A DNA stretch of 64,000 nucleotides from Candidatus Dojkabacteria bacterium (GTDB lineage: Bacteria; Patescibacteriota; Dojkabacteria; SC72). The stretch is taken from the NCBI GenBank assembly GCA_016182915.1, contig JACPFP010000003.1, forward strand, positions 251,685 to 315,684, in the 5' to 3' direction. The translations under genes and the position numbers were made by a program. Positions 28,795 to 38,185 of the stretch are shown here, in pieces. Under the pieces are notes generated by a model, which was given only the letters and a program-made list of their open reading frames with translations, had not been told where the DNA came from and made no database searches. Every line of letters starts with the position of its first letter. Position 1 is the first letter of the stretch.

Positions 28795-30666
28795 ATGAAA
28801 AACCTCCTTGTACCGATTTTCATATCACTTTTCTTTCTACATTCCTCGCTAAATGTATTTGCGGGAGAGAAAGAGATTAAGATACCAATTAGAGAGGATG
28901 CATATGTAGAAAGTATATTCTTTGATGAATCCTTTGGAATGCTTAAGCAACTACTACTTGGCTTTAACAACAGTTCAAGAGAAGGTATAACAAGAATATA
29001 CGTCAAATATGATACAAGAGAACTAGGGAATGTTTTTGTTGATAACATAAAGAGTGCCAGTTTGAAATTGTATCAGTATAAAGTGAATAGTACTTTCGAT
29101 TATCCAATTAGAGTTGCATACCACTTTGAGCCGTGGAGTGAAAATACCATAATGATGATGAACACATTGATTAACCCAACACGACAGGAAACAACTTCCG
29201 TTATCCCAGCAACCGTAGGTTGGACTTCAGTAAATATAACCGAGAAGTTTTTGGAGCATATGCTTAATCCAGAAAGTAACCGTGGAGTGGCCCTTCTCAT
29301 GAAGAATGAGGAAGAGAAAGGAGGGGTATTCTGGTCAAAGGATTGCGTTACTCTTCCCGCCTCATGTAACCCTGAATATATCCCCTACGTTAGTGTTATT
29401 GTAAAAACTGTAGATGAAGTTCCAGCGGAAGAGAATGAAGAAAAGGATGAAGAGAAAGATGAAGACATTGAAAGCAAAACGGATTCTGATATTGAAAAGC
29501 TCACTGAATCAATTGATAGTTCCACAGATAGAATTGTTGAAGCAATATCTGATATAGAAGAGACTCCTGAAACAACCCCAAGTATAGTTAAGGAAGAAAG
29601 CAATATTACAGAAGATAATGTAGTAGATACAACAAGAACGACATCAGGAGTACTGGGAGTTAGGAGTCATCAAGGGTGTAAATATATTTGGAACGCGACT
29701 ACCGATGTAGTTAGAAAATTCGTATGCACATTGGATACTCCAGTTATTAAATCTACCAAAATTGAGTACAGGAAGAACACCGGTACCTACATTACAACAA
29801 ATATAACTCTCCCCAAAAGTTTAGAGGTTACACTAGAGAAAAGAGAATGTTCTAAGGCTTCCATAACAAATCCCATTACACTCTTTAAATGTGTAGAGAA
29901 ACAAATTTCAACAAGGAACATAACAGATTCCTCACCTTATATCGACATATATTTAAATATAGATGGGAAATGGTATCCAACCTTTAAAAAGGAAACTTCA
30001 ACCGGCTATACAACCTCTCTCAACCTATCGTTTAAGCCTAAAAGCGAGCTGATACAGGCAAAATACCTACTAAGCAGTTCTACAAAACTTAAAGAGAGGG
30101 TATGGTTAGATATATTCGAAATGTCCCCGCACTCTGTACAGAGTAGTTTTAAAATAATTGAGCAAGCCTCTCCAACATATGTATTTCCACTAAAGACCCT
30201 TTCCAATGTAACTCAGTGGCATGGGAAAACGGCATACAGCAACCATACAGGAATAGATTTTGAAGCAGGAAGAGTTCCCGTGTTAGCAACCTCAGATGGA
30301 ACAGTAGATTACATTGGCTGGGATAATTCCTCCGGAAAGTGCCTCTCTGGAGGGAACTATATTAAACTAAAACATAGTGATGGGAAATACTCCACCTATC
30401 TTCATCTCAACAGCTTCACAAAAGGGCTAAAGAAAGGAAGTCCCGTTAAAAAGGGAACAGTCATTGGCATATCCGGAAACTCTGGAATGTATAACTGTGA
30501 ACCCCTTACAAATCATCTTCATTTTGAGGTTAGAAAATCCCCTCCTCTCTCATCTCACATAAATCCTGTACCTCTAATTAACATTGACTGGGCAAAGGTA
30601 AAGACGGCTAGAGCAAACATATATCCTGTTAGGCTCACGGGGGATAATCCTCATCCAAAGTATTAA
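28795..30666 (+). CDS. Secreted DNRLRE(CBM96-like)-domain protein with a C-terminal M23 metallopeptidase
   Basis: Signal peptide (VFA-G); EDAYV...RIYVKYD...SASLKLY DNRLRE-like domain; acidic linker; M23 motifs HTGID, YLHL, G.SGNSG and HLHFE. Confidence 0.85.
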   Translation: MKNLLVPIFISLFFLHSSLNVFAGEKEIKIPIREDAYVESIFFDESFGMLKQLLLGFNNSSREGITRIYVKYDTRELGNVFVDNIKSASLKLYQYKVNSTFDYPIRVAYHFEPWSENTIMMMNTLINPTRQETTSVIPATVGWTSVNITEKFLEHMLNPESNRGVALLMKNEEEKGGVFWSKDCVTLPASCNPEYIPYVSVIVKTVDEVPAEENEEKDEEKDEDIESKTDSDIEKLTESIDSSTDRIVEAISDIEETPETTPSIVKEESNITEDNVVDTTRTTSGVLGVRSHQGCKYIWNATTDVVRKFVCTLDTPVIKSTKIEYRKNTGTYITTNITLPKSLEVTLEKRECSKASITNPITLFKCVEKQISTRNITDSSPYIDIYLNIDGKWYPTFKKETSTGYTTSLNLSFKPKSELIQAKYLLSSSTKLKERVWLDIFEMSPHSVQSSFKIIEQASPTYVFPLKTLSNVTQWHGKTAYSNHTGIDFEAGRVPVLATSDGTVDYIGWDNSSGKCLSGGNYIKLKHSDGKYSTYLHLNSFTKGLKKGSPVKKGTVIGISGNSGMYNCEPLTNHLHFEVRKSPPLSSHINPVPLINIDWAKVKTARANIYPVRLTGDNPHPKY

Positions 30667-30672
30667 ATTTAA

Positions 30673-31380
30673 ATGAATAGAACTATGTTTAGAATAATTT
30701 TGATAGTGTCCCTAATTGCATCGTTTGTAATCTGGCTAAATATGCCCAGAAGAGATAAAGAGGAAAAGGTGAGGTATTCAAATATAGTAGTTTCAAAAGA
30801 TGGTGACATCGATGAGGTCTCCTGGATTAGTAACGAGAAGTTACAGTATAGATCAGGTGAACAAATAGTGAGATATAACATAAAAGAGAGGGAGAGCGAA
30901 GAGATATATAAAAACAGTAGTGAAAATACACAACTAATTATGAATCAGAAGAATCCTGATCTCTTCTGCACATGGGAAAACCACATCAAGAAAGAGGTAT
31001 CGGATATTGGAACAACTATAAAAATAGTTCACTCAAAAGAAGGGGCTAGAAAAGAGTTTAGGATTAAAGAAACTGTTAAGATTGAGGTCTGTGACAATGA
31101 AAAAGTATATCTATCAGAGGCTTTTCCATTCATGCAGTCTCAAAGTTACATATTAGATATCAATTCTGGTATGGTTAAGAAAGGTGATAACTCCGACAAA
31201 AATGATGAGTATAGTTTAGTGAGGAAATCGGGATGGTGTGAGGTATTTGATGGTCAGAGAAAGAGAATACTTGGCTTTAAGTGTATCGGTAATATAACTA
31301 TGTTCAAACTTTCAGCAAATAAACAATCAATTGCATATATAGATGAAAATGGAAACCTCTGGGTTTACGGACCTAACTGA
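30673..31380 (+). CDS. Membrane-anchored hypothetical protein, possibly a partial beta-propeller
   Basis: N-terminal TM; TolB-like ending LSANKQSIAYIDENGNLWV. Confidence 0.65.
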   Translation: MNRTMFRIILIVSLIASFVIWLNMPRRDKEEKVRYSNIVVSKDGDIDEVSWISNEKLQYRSGEQIVRYNIKERESEEIYKNSSENTQLIMNQKNPDLFCTWENHIKKEVSDIGTTIKIVHSKEGARKEFRIKETVKIEVCDNEKVYLSEAFPFMQSQSYILDINSGMVKKGDNSDKNDEYSLVRKSGWCEVFDGQRKRILGFKCIGNITMFKLSANKQSIAYIDENGNLWVYGPN

Positions 31381-31831
31381 TTATTGAGATGAGGGTTAGA
31401 GACATCCCGATAGTTATAACAACCTTCATAAGAATACTGCCCAATAATCCGACCACAGTACCGAGTCCTGCCTTAAAAGCAATATCTGAGGGTTTCTTGG
31501 CTATGAGGTATTCAAAAAGAAATGCTCCAAAGAAAGGTCCTAATATTCCCCCTGCTAGGTTACCTATTAAAATTCCTACAATTAATCCAACCACCGCACC
31601 AATCATCCCCCATTTCCCACCTCCGAACTTCTTTGCCCCAAGGATAACCAAGAGGTTGTCAACAATAGAAGCAAATACAGCAAGGAAAATAAATATTGCA
31701 TAGGTACTTGGTTTAATATCAAAACTACTTGAAGCAAAGAGAGTTGCAATGAATATAATCCAAGGGCCTGGAAGGTTTAGGAAAGAGATTAAGATTCCAA
31801 ATATAATCAAAGCATATATTAGTATCTCCAT
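31373..31831 (-). CDS. DUF456 family membrane protein
   Basis: LPGPW...GAKKFGG.KWG..GA.VG...GPFFGAFLFE. Confidence 0.88.
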   Translation of the reverse strand: MEILIYALIIFGILISFLNLPGPWIIFIATLFASSSFDIKPSTYAIFIFLAVFASIVDNLLVILGAKKFGGGKWGMIGAVVGLIVGILIGNLAGGILGPFFGAFLFEYLIAKKPSDIAFKAGLGTVVGLLGSILMKVVITIGMSLTLISIIS

Positions 31832-31840
31832 TTGTAGTAT

Positions 31841-33046
31841 CTAATTATTTAATGATTTAGATAGTACATTATACGTCTCTTCGGCTGCTTTTTCCCAACT
31901 GTAGCTTGAAGCTATAACTTTTCCCTTTTCGGAGAGGCTTTCCGCATATTTCCTATCTTCAATTATCTTCTCAATCGCCTGTACTACAGAATCTATGTTA
32001 CCTGCATCTACAACATGTGCACCATCCTTTACAACCTCAGGATAACAGGAGGCATTACTTGCAATTGTAGGGGCTCCCGCTTTCATCCCTTCAAGGAGTG
32101 CAATTCCAAAGCCTTCGTAGGCAGAAAGGTTGATTGTTAGAAGGCTATTTTTTAGTAGTGAATACCTATCGTCATCTTCATAACGCCCAGGGAAATGAAC
32201 AAGGCCTTCAATGCCAAGACTATTTATTTTTCGATGAAGGTTTCTAACATCCTTTATAGATCTATCCTGAAAGTTTTTCCCTGCGATTACAAGGTATGGT
32301 GGGACTTTATTCTTACCCTTGCAAACCTCCACGTACTTTGCGTATGCATCTATAATTCCTCCCGTATTCTTATTCTTTGTATATCCTCCACCTAGATTAA
32401 TAATGTAGCCTTTTTCACGCCAATCTTGAGGGAGAAGGCGGTTTACATCCTTCTCCACCAGCTCGATATCAAGTCCAAGATAAATGGGGAACATCTTCTC
32501 CCTAGGATATTTGGGAAGGTAGTGGAGATATTCATCAATTGTAAACTGAGCATCGGTTATAATGGCCTTCGCTTTTAAAGTTTTAAACATCTCAATCCAG
32601 TATGTAACTCCTCTAGCGATATTATGTAGAAAAGAGATCTGTGAATATATATTGAATCGTGGGAAGGCAAGGTCGTGTATAGTCACAACAAATGGGATTG
32701 AGGAAGGAATGCCACCCCAGAAAAATGGTGAGAAAAAGAGGTCTCCCTCTTTATATACCCTCTTCAAGGTTTTCAGCATATCAATACCGGGAAGCAGCTG
32801 ATTTAAGTACCAGATGGGATTAAAGAGGTTTTTCTTTTTAAAACCACCGATTCTAACTACCTCAAGATTTTCAAGATTACTACTGAGCAATCCTTCTATT
32901 TCCGAAGGGTTGTCGTACATAAGGAGTATGAATTTTGTATCTGAAAACTGTGTTACAAGGTTACTTACAATATTTCTAGTATAGAAACCAATACCGTTGG
33001 ATCTCCATTCGTTCTGCGTAGTTGTTGCATCAATTAAAACTCTCAT
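31841..33046 (-). CDS. Glycosyltransferase family 4
   Basis: GIGFYT, VTIHDL, KNKN, YEGFGIALLEGM.AG.P, YSWEK.A. Confidence 0.92.
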   Translation of the reverse strand: MRVLIDATTTQNEWRSNGIGFYTRNIVSNLVTQFSDTKFILLMYDNPSEIEGLLSSNLENLEVVRIGGFKKKNLFNPIWYLNQLLPGIDMLKTLKRVYKEGDLFFSPFFWGGIPSSIPFVVTIHDLAFPRFNIYSQISFLHNIARGVTYWIEMFKTLKAKAIITDAQFTIDEYLHYLPKYPREKMFPIYLGLDIELVEKDVNRLLPQDWREKGYIINLGGGYTKNKNTGGIIDAYAKYVEVCKGKNKVPPYLVIAGKNFQDRSIKDVRNLHRKINSLGIEGLVHFPGRYEDDDRYSLLKNSLLTINLSAYEGFGIALLEGMKAGAPTIASNASCYPEVVKDGAHVVDAGNIDSVVQAIEKIIEDRKYAESLSEKGKVIASSYSWEKAAEETYNVLSKSLNN

Positions 33047-33049
33047 ATT

Positions 33050-34072
33050 TTATGAATTGAGTTTAATATCGTGCTCTACCATGATTTTAACAAGTTGATC
33101 TAACTTTGTCTTTGGTTCCCAACCTAAAACCTTCTTCGCTTTAGAAGCATCTCCAGTTAAAATATCTACCTCTGCGGGTCTAAAGTATGAAGGGTCTACA
33201 ACCACTAGAAGTTCACCTGTCTTTGAATCATATCCCTTCTCCTCTACTCCCTTTCCTTCCCATCGTACTTCCACATTTATTGCATTAAATGAATAGTTTG
33301 TGAAATCCCTTATGGAGTGTGTTTCCCCAGTTGCAAGAACGAAAGTATCAGGTGTCTCATGTTGCATCATCATATACATTCCTTCTACATAATCTTTTGC
33401 ATATCCCCAATCTCTGCTGCTATCAAGATTACCAATTCGTAATTCCGCCTTGTTTCCTAAGGAGTACTTTGCTACATGGTCTGTAATCTTTCTAGTTACA
33501 AACTCTTTCCCTCTAAGCTCGGATTCGTGATTGAAGAGGATACCGCAGGTAGCAAATATATCGTAGCTTTCACGATAGTTGATCATCATCCAATGGGCAT
33601 ACTGTTTCGCAACGCCGTATGGGCTTCTTGGGTACAAGGGAGTTTTCTCTGTTTGTGGTGTCTCCTGAACCTTTCCGTATAGTTCTGAAGTTGAAGCCTG
33701 ATATATCTTTGTTTTAGGAAGGAAGGTTTTTACAATATCAAGGATATATGCAACCCCGATTCCATCAATCATGCTTGTAGAGATTGGTTGTTTAAAGCTA
33801 GCTGCAACGAAGCTTTGGGCTGCAAGGTTGTATATCTCATCTGGTTGGATTGAAGTGATGACATCGTGAATATTGCTGTAATCGAGAAGGTCAAAGTCTA
33901 CAATCTTTACCTTATCTTCGATTCCGAGATATTTAAGTCCATACATATTTCGATTACTGTTTCTTCTTGAGGCTCCGTATACTTCATAACCTTTATCGAT
34001 TAGAAGTTTGGAGAGCCAGGCTCCGTCTTGTCCTGTAATTCCTGTAACAAGTGCTTTTTTATTTTGAGACAT
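33050..34072 (-). CDS. gmd: GDP-mannose 4,6-dehydratase
   Basis: TGITGQDG, YNLAAQSFV, QASTSELYG, PRSPYGVAK, GILFNHES, FVTRKIT, RDWG, RPAEVD. Confidence 0.97.
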   Translation of the reverse strand: MSQNKKALVTGITGQDGAWLSKLLIDKGYEVYGASRRNSNRNMYGLKYLGIEDKVKIVDFDLLDYSNIHDVITSIQPDEIYNLAAQSFVAASFKQPISTSMIDGIGVAYILDIVKTFLPKTKIYQASTSELYGKVQETPQTEKTPLYPRSPYGVAKQYAHWMMINYRESYDIFATCGILFNHESELRGKEFVTRKITDHVAKYSLGNKAELRIGNLDSSRDWGYAKDYVEGMYMMMQHETPDTFVLATGETHSIRDFTNYSFNAINVEVRWEGKGVEEKGYDSKTGELLVVVDPSYFRPAEVDILTGDASKAKKVLGWEPKTKLDQLVKIMVEHDIKLNS

Positions 34073-34146
34073 GAAGGGTAATGCTAAAATTAAGATATTC
34101 TCTATTAAATTGTGCTAAATGATATCTTCAAGTATAATTTTTTGCA

Positions 34147-35382
34147 ATGGAAATACGAGGGAATATTAAAAATATCATATACATGTTTGGGGGAGAAGTT
34201 CTTATTAAGGCCGTATTTTTTATCGCGAATGCAATTTTAGCCAGATTCTTAGGGGTTTCCACTTATGGGGAGTTTTCAAATATTTTCTCGATAACCGCGA
34301 CAATTTCATTTCTTGCGGATTTTGGATCTTCAACAGTTGTAACAAGAGATATCGCATCCGGGAAAAGATCCCCGGAAGAAGTACTTAAAGTATACACAAA
34401 AGCAAAACTGGAGATCTCCTTACTCGTTCTCTTCTTGTTCGCAATAATTGGTTTCTCTTTTGATAGAAGCAACATGCACCTATACCTCCTTCTGGGAATC
34501 TACAATATAATTCAGAATGGAGTATTACTTTTCTATTATGCAATACTTAGAGGTAAAAAGGCCTTTAAAGAAGAGTCTCTGAGCAAGCTGATTAATCTAT
34601 CGGGAATGATAGTTGGATTTGGCATATTCATATTTTTTCAAAACATGGTTGCGGCATCCCTTATGTACTTACTTTCAGCTCTTTTCCCATTATTCTACCT
34701 ATACAAGTATCTTAACAAAAAGTACTCATTAAAATTTGAAGACCTTTGGAACAAGGTTCAATCGATTAGAAGTTTTCACTTACATTGGAAGATAGGCGTA
34801 GGCAATTTCTTTGAAGGCTTAACCCAGATCATTCCAATAATAGCAATAAACTATTTAAGTGGAGCTTACTCGTTGGGTCTCTTCTCAGCAGCATATAGAC
34901 TAATTACTCCTTTTCTGCTTTTAAATACAATTGCAAATTATTTCTTAATGCCATATATAGCAGAAAACTACGGTAAGATCTCACTCTCCAAAAAGAAAAT
35001 ACTCGCAGGTATCCTCCTCATAGTTTCTTATATAGGAATCTCGTACCTAGTTTCAGAACCTTTAATCAAAGTCATATACGGCCTTGATTATATTGGAGCA
35101 TTGCACTTGTTTAGAATTCTAATCCTGCTACCGATATTTGATATCTTTGCTCTTGTACAAATGACACAATTAGCATCAAGAGAAAGAGAGAAAACTTATC
35201 TTTTTAGTTCAATCGCAAATGTATTTATAACGGTTTTAATGATATTTATTGCTATCTCACTTATAGAGGAGACTGCCCTTGCGGTAACAATAGCCGTAGT
35301 GGCGAATAGATTTATAGCGATTTTACTACGCATTATTCTAAATAAGATTTATGATAATAAATATGAAAAAAATAATCTTTGA
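34147..35382 (+). CDS. wzx: Wzx-type oligosaccharide flippase (MOP family)
   Basis: LARFLG...YG, DFG....VTR.IA and LG.FSAAYRL motifs; about 12 TM segments. Confidence 0.85.
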   Translation: MEIRGNIKNIIYMFGGEVLIKAVFFIANAILARFLGVSTYGEFSNIFSITATISFLADFGSSTVVTRDIASGKRSPEEVLKVYTKAKLEISLLVLFLFAIIGFSFDRSNMHLYLLLGIYNIIQNGVLLFYYAILRGKKAFKEESLSKLINLSGMIVGFGIFIFFQNMVAASLMYLLSALFPLFYLYKYLNKKYSLKFEDLWNKVQSIRSFHLHWKIGVGNFFEGLTQIIPIIAINYLSGAYSLGLFSAAYRLITPFLLLNTIANYFLMPYIAENYGKISLSKKKILAGILLIVSYIGISYLVSEPLIKVIYGLDYIGALHLFRILILLPIFDIFALVQMTQLASREREKTYLFSSIANVFITVLMIFIAISLIEETALAVTIAVVANRFIAILLRIILNKIYDNKYEKNNL

Positions 35383-36577
35383 CCTAACAGAGGCCCAGCC
35401 ATATAAAAAAGTGAAATACCATGGTGGAGGAAACTACGCAAAAGAGTTTTTTGTAAAAATGGCGGAAGAGATAAAGGATACTCCAATCATAGTTGTCTTT
35501 TATAAGGAGATACCCTTTCAAGATTGGGTCTCTAAGTATTTCACAGGTAAGAATGTTGAGACGAGGCCTCTGAATAGTCTTAAAGATTATAAAGATATTA
35601 TCAGCCAATACGATAAACCTGAAAACGAATTCGTTTTCCCATTAGAAGCAATTGCATATAAGTTAATGAGACTAGGGTTAACAATTAAGAAAGCTAAGGT
35701 AACAATAACAATACATGGGTTACGAACGATTGAACTCCCCAATGATAAATACGAATACCTGTATGAATATCCAAATTTCCCCAGAGTTATACTTAGATAT
35801 ATAAAAAGTGTCCTTCCAAATAAACTTCTTACACTGAAAACTAAACAATTTTATGAGACCATTCTAAGGTTCCTTAAGATGGGAGATCAGATATTGACCG
35901 ACTCAGAGTACTCAAAAACTTCAATCCTATTGAACTTTCCTTCGTTAGTAGTACCTGAACAAATTCAGATTGTTTATCCACCTATTAGGGTGATAAAGAA
36001 TCCTAAAGTATCGCCTGAAATCGAAAGACTCGTTAAAAGGAATCCTAAATATATGCTTTTCATAAGCGGAAACAGATATGAAAAAAACCTTGTCAGGGTA
36101 CTTGAATCCCTGGAGCTGTTCAACCTATTCAAATATCATTTTTCTGATGTGAAATTAGTCGTAACGGGAGTGAATACTGGATTACAGAAACTACTAAACT
36201 CCAGGTATAAGAATTTAAAATCAAATATTATACTTCTAGACTACCCTTCTTTGGAGGACTTAAATTTCCTATTTGCAAAAGCAACCTTATTTTTATATCC
36301 CTCACTTAACGAAGGATTTGGTCTTCCACCTCTTGAAGCCATGTCCCATGGGATACCTGTGATAGCTTCCGCTACAACTTCAATTCCAGAAGTAACACAA
36401 GGTGCCACCCTTTATATAAATCCATACAGTGGCGACGACATATCAAATGCAATATATCGCGGACTTACAGATGGTGAACTTAGAAAGAGATTAATAAAAG
36501 CTAGTCACGAGGTATTAAGAGATATTAATATAGAAACTGAGACACAGTGGAGTTACCTACTTAAAAGGATTAGATAG
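35363..36577 (+). CDS. Glycosyltransferase family 4
   Basis: YEKN, YPSLNEGFGLPPLEAM, SIPEV. The likely start is ATG 35363 (MKKIIFD). Confidence 0.92.
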   Translation: MKKIIFDLTEAQPYKKVKYHGGGNYAKEFFVKMAEEIKDTPIIVVFYKEIPFQDWVSKYFTGKNVETRPLNSLKDYKDIISQYDKPENEFVFPLEAIAYKLMRLGLTIKKAKVTITIHGLRTIELPNDKYEYLYEYPNFPRVILRYIKSVLPNKLLTLKTKQFYETILRFLKMGDQILTDSEYSKTSILLNFPSLVVPEQIQIVYPPIRVIKNPKVSPEIERLVKRNPKYMLFISGNRYEKNLVRVLESLELFNLFKYHFSDVKLVVTGVNTGLQKLLNSRYKNLKSNIILLDYPSLEDLNFLFAKATLFLYPSLNEGFGLPPLEAMSHGIPVIASATTSIPEVTQGATLYINPYSGDDISNAIYRGLTDGELRKRLIKASHEVLRDINIETETQWSYLLKRIR

Positions 36578-37298
36578 AGGTTGAAGTTGATTTTACAATC
36601 ACAACTCCATTGCTAGTAAAGGTATCCCTGTCAAATTTGAAATCTTTCATTTCCTGTACCCTCACTTCTTTCCAGTTATTTGTCGATGGAACTTTGGCTA
36701 AGCATATAACATTTTCAAACAAATTTTCATTGAATAACATATTATCGAGCTCTGGATTATACCCAACAGGGAAAGAAAACATAATAATACCTTTAGGAGA
36801 TAACATTGATTGCATATGTAGAAGTGCTTTTCTAACTTTACCAGCCTCTACAATAGCTTCATCAAGGCCAACATGTTCTAAAGTTGAGATACTGAAGATA
36901 GTGTCATATTTTTTACCAGGAGAGTAATCAATAATATCTTCGTTAACAACATTAGTTCCATGTTCATACTTATCTAGAATTTCATATTCGTTCCTGTAAT
37001 AGTGGGAGTATACATTCCCCACTTCCAAAATATTCCCTTTTCTTGCATTTAAAAATGCTTTAAAGATTGGAAGCTCAACAGTTCTTTCGTTCAACCATGT
37101 GTAATTATATCTATGAACAAAGTAGTTATATATGTCACCACCTACAACGAACTTAGTAGAGGATTTGAAAAGAGAGTTAAAAAGATACACTAGGTAGCTT
37201 CTATTAAAAACATTTAATAGAGAGCCCAATACCTTACCCGTTTTCTTTCCCAAGAGGTCAGATACAATCTTCGATACAGGATTTTTACGCTCGTACAA
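36570..37298 (-). CDS. SAM-dependent methyltransferase-like protein (DUF268-like); start uncertain
   Basis: NERTVE, ILEVG and YD.I.SISTLEHVG motifs. Confidence 0.75.
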   Translation of the reverse strand: MYERKNPVSKIVSDLLGKKTGKVLGSLLNVFNRSYLVYLFNSLFKSSTKFVVGGDIYNYFVHRYNYTWLNERTVELPIFKAFLNARKGNILEVGNVYSHYYRNEYEILDKYEHGTNVVNEDIIDYSPGKKYDTIFSISTLEHVGLDEAIVEAGKVRKALLHMQSMLSPKGIIMFSFPVGYNPELDNMLFNENLFENVICLAKVPSTNNWKEVRVQEMKDFKFDRDTFTSNGVVIVKSTSTSI

Positions 37299-37465
37299 CT
37301 TGTGATATATGGTCGTAGGGAATCAAATTTAGTTATTTTCAAGTTTTTTAAACTCTGCTCAATATTACAGATAAATTAATTCAAATTCAATACAAGGCTG
37401 TTATTGCATTATCTGTTAGTTCATGTTCAAATAGGTATTGCAATTAATTATAAGCAACCAAGTAT

Positions 37466-38185
37466 ATGTCATATCTCAATAGCCATTATCGATATATTCT
37501 GTCTAAGCGGAAACCGAACTCCCATGAGAATAGAATGTACTACAAGATTCTATCACCATATATAAGCAAAGACTCCAGCATATGTGATATCGCCTGCTCT
37601 AATGGTGATTTTTTAAGATTTCTGAAGGATAACGGGCATGAGAAGCTACAAGGGATTGACATGGATAAAGATTCGATAATTGAGGCTAGAAAAAACAATC
37701 CAGACATCTATTTTGAAGTTACATCTCTGAACCAATTTATAGATAAAGGGTTGAGAAAGGGTGAAAGATACCATCTACTAACATTTCTAAGTATTGTGGA
37801 ACATTTACCTCAATCAGATGCCCGAAGACTAATTGAAAGTCTTCCAAAGCTCCTCCACAAGGATGGCATAGCCTTTATAAAAATACCTAACGCAGGAACC
37901 ATATATAATAATCACTGGTTGTTTGATGACATAACCCACAGAGGATATTACACAGTAAGAAGTATATCTCAACTAATCCGCGAGACTGGAATAGACGACC
38001 AACATTTCGAAGTGTTAAATGATAAGGGATTGACCAATGGCCTAGTTAGAAAATGGAGATTACCTTTTATCTGGTCAGCCCAGCTTCTTGATTTCATATT
38101 CCTTGGTAAATCGATAAACATTAGCTACCAGTACCCAGGTTTGTTGGTAATAATAAAACCAAATAAACCTATTTCGGAGAAATAA
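37466..38185 (+). CDS. Class I SAM-dependent methyltransferase
   Basis: ICDIACSNG, GIDMD, VEHL, I.IPNA and DITH..YYT motifs. Confidence 0.85.
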   Translation: MSYLNSHYRYILSKRKPNSHENRMYYKILSPYISKDSSICDIACSNGDFLRFLKDNGHEKLQGIDMDKDSIIEARKNNPDIYFEVTSLNQFIDKGLRKGERYHLLTFLSIVEHLPQSDARRLIESLPKLLHKDGIAFIKIPNAGTIYNNHWLFDDITHRGYYTVRSISQLIRETGIDDQHFEVLNDKGLTNGLVRKWRLPFIWSAQLLDFIFLGKSINISYQYPGLLVIIKPNKPISEK

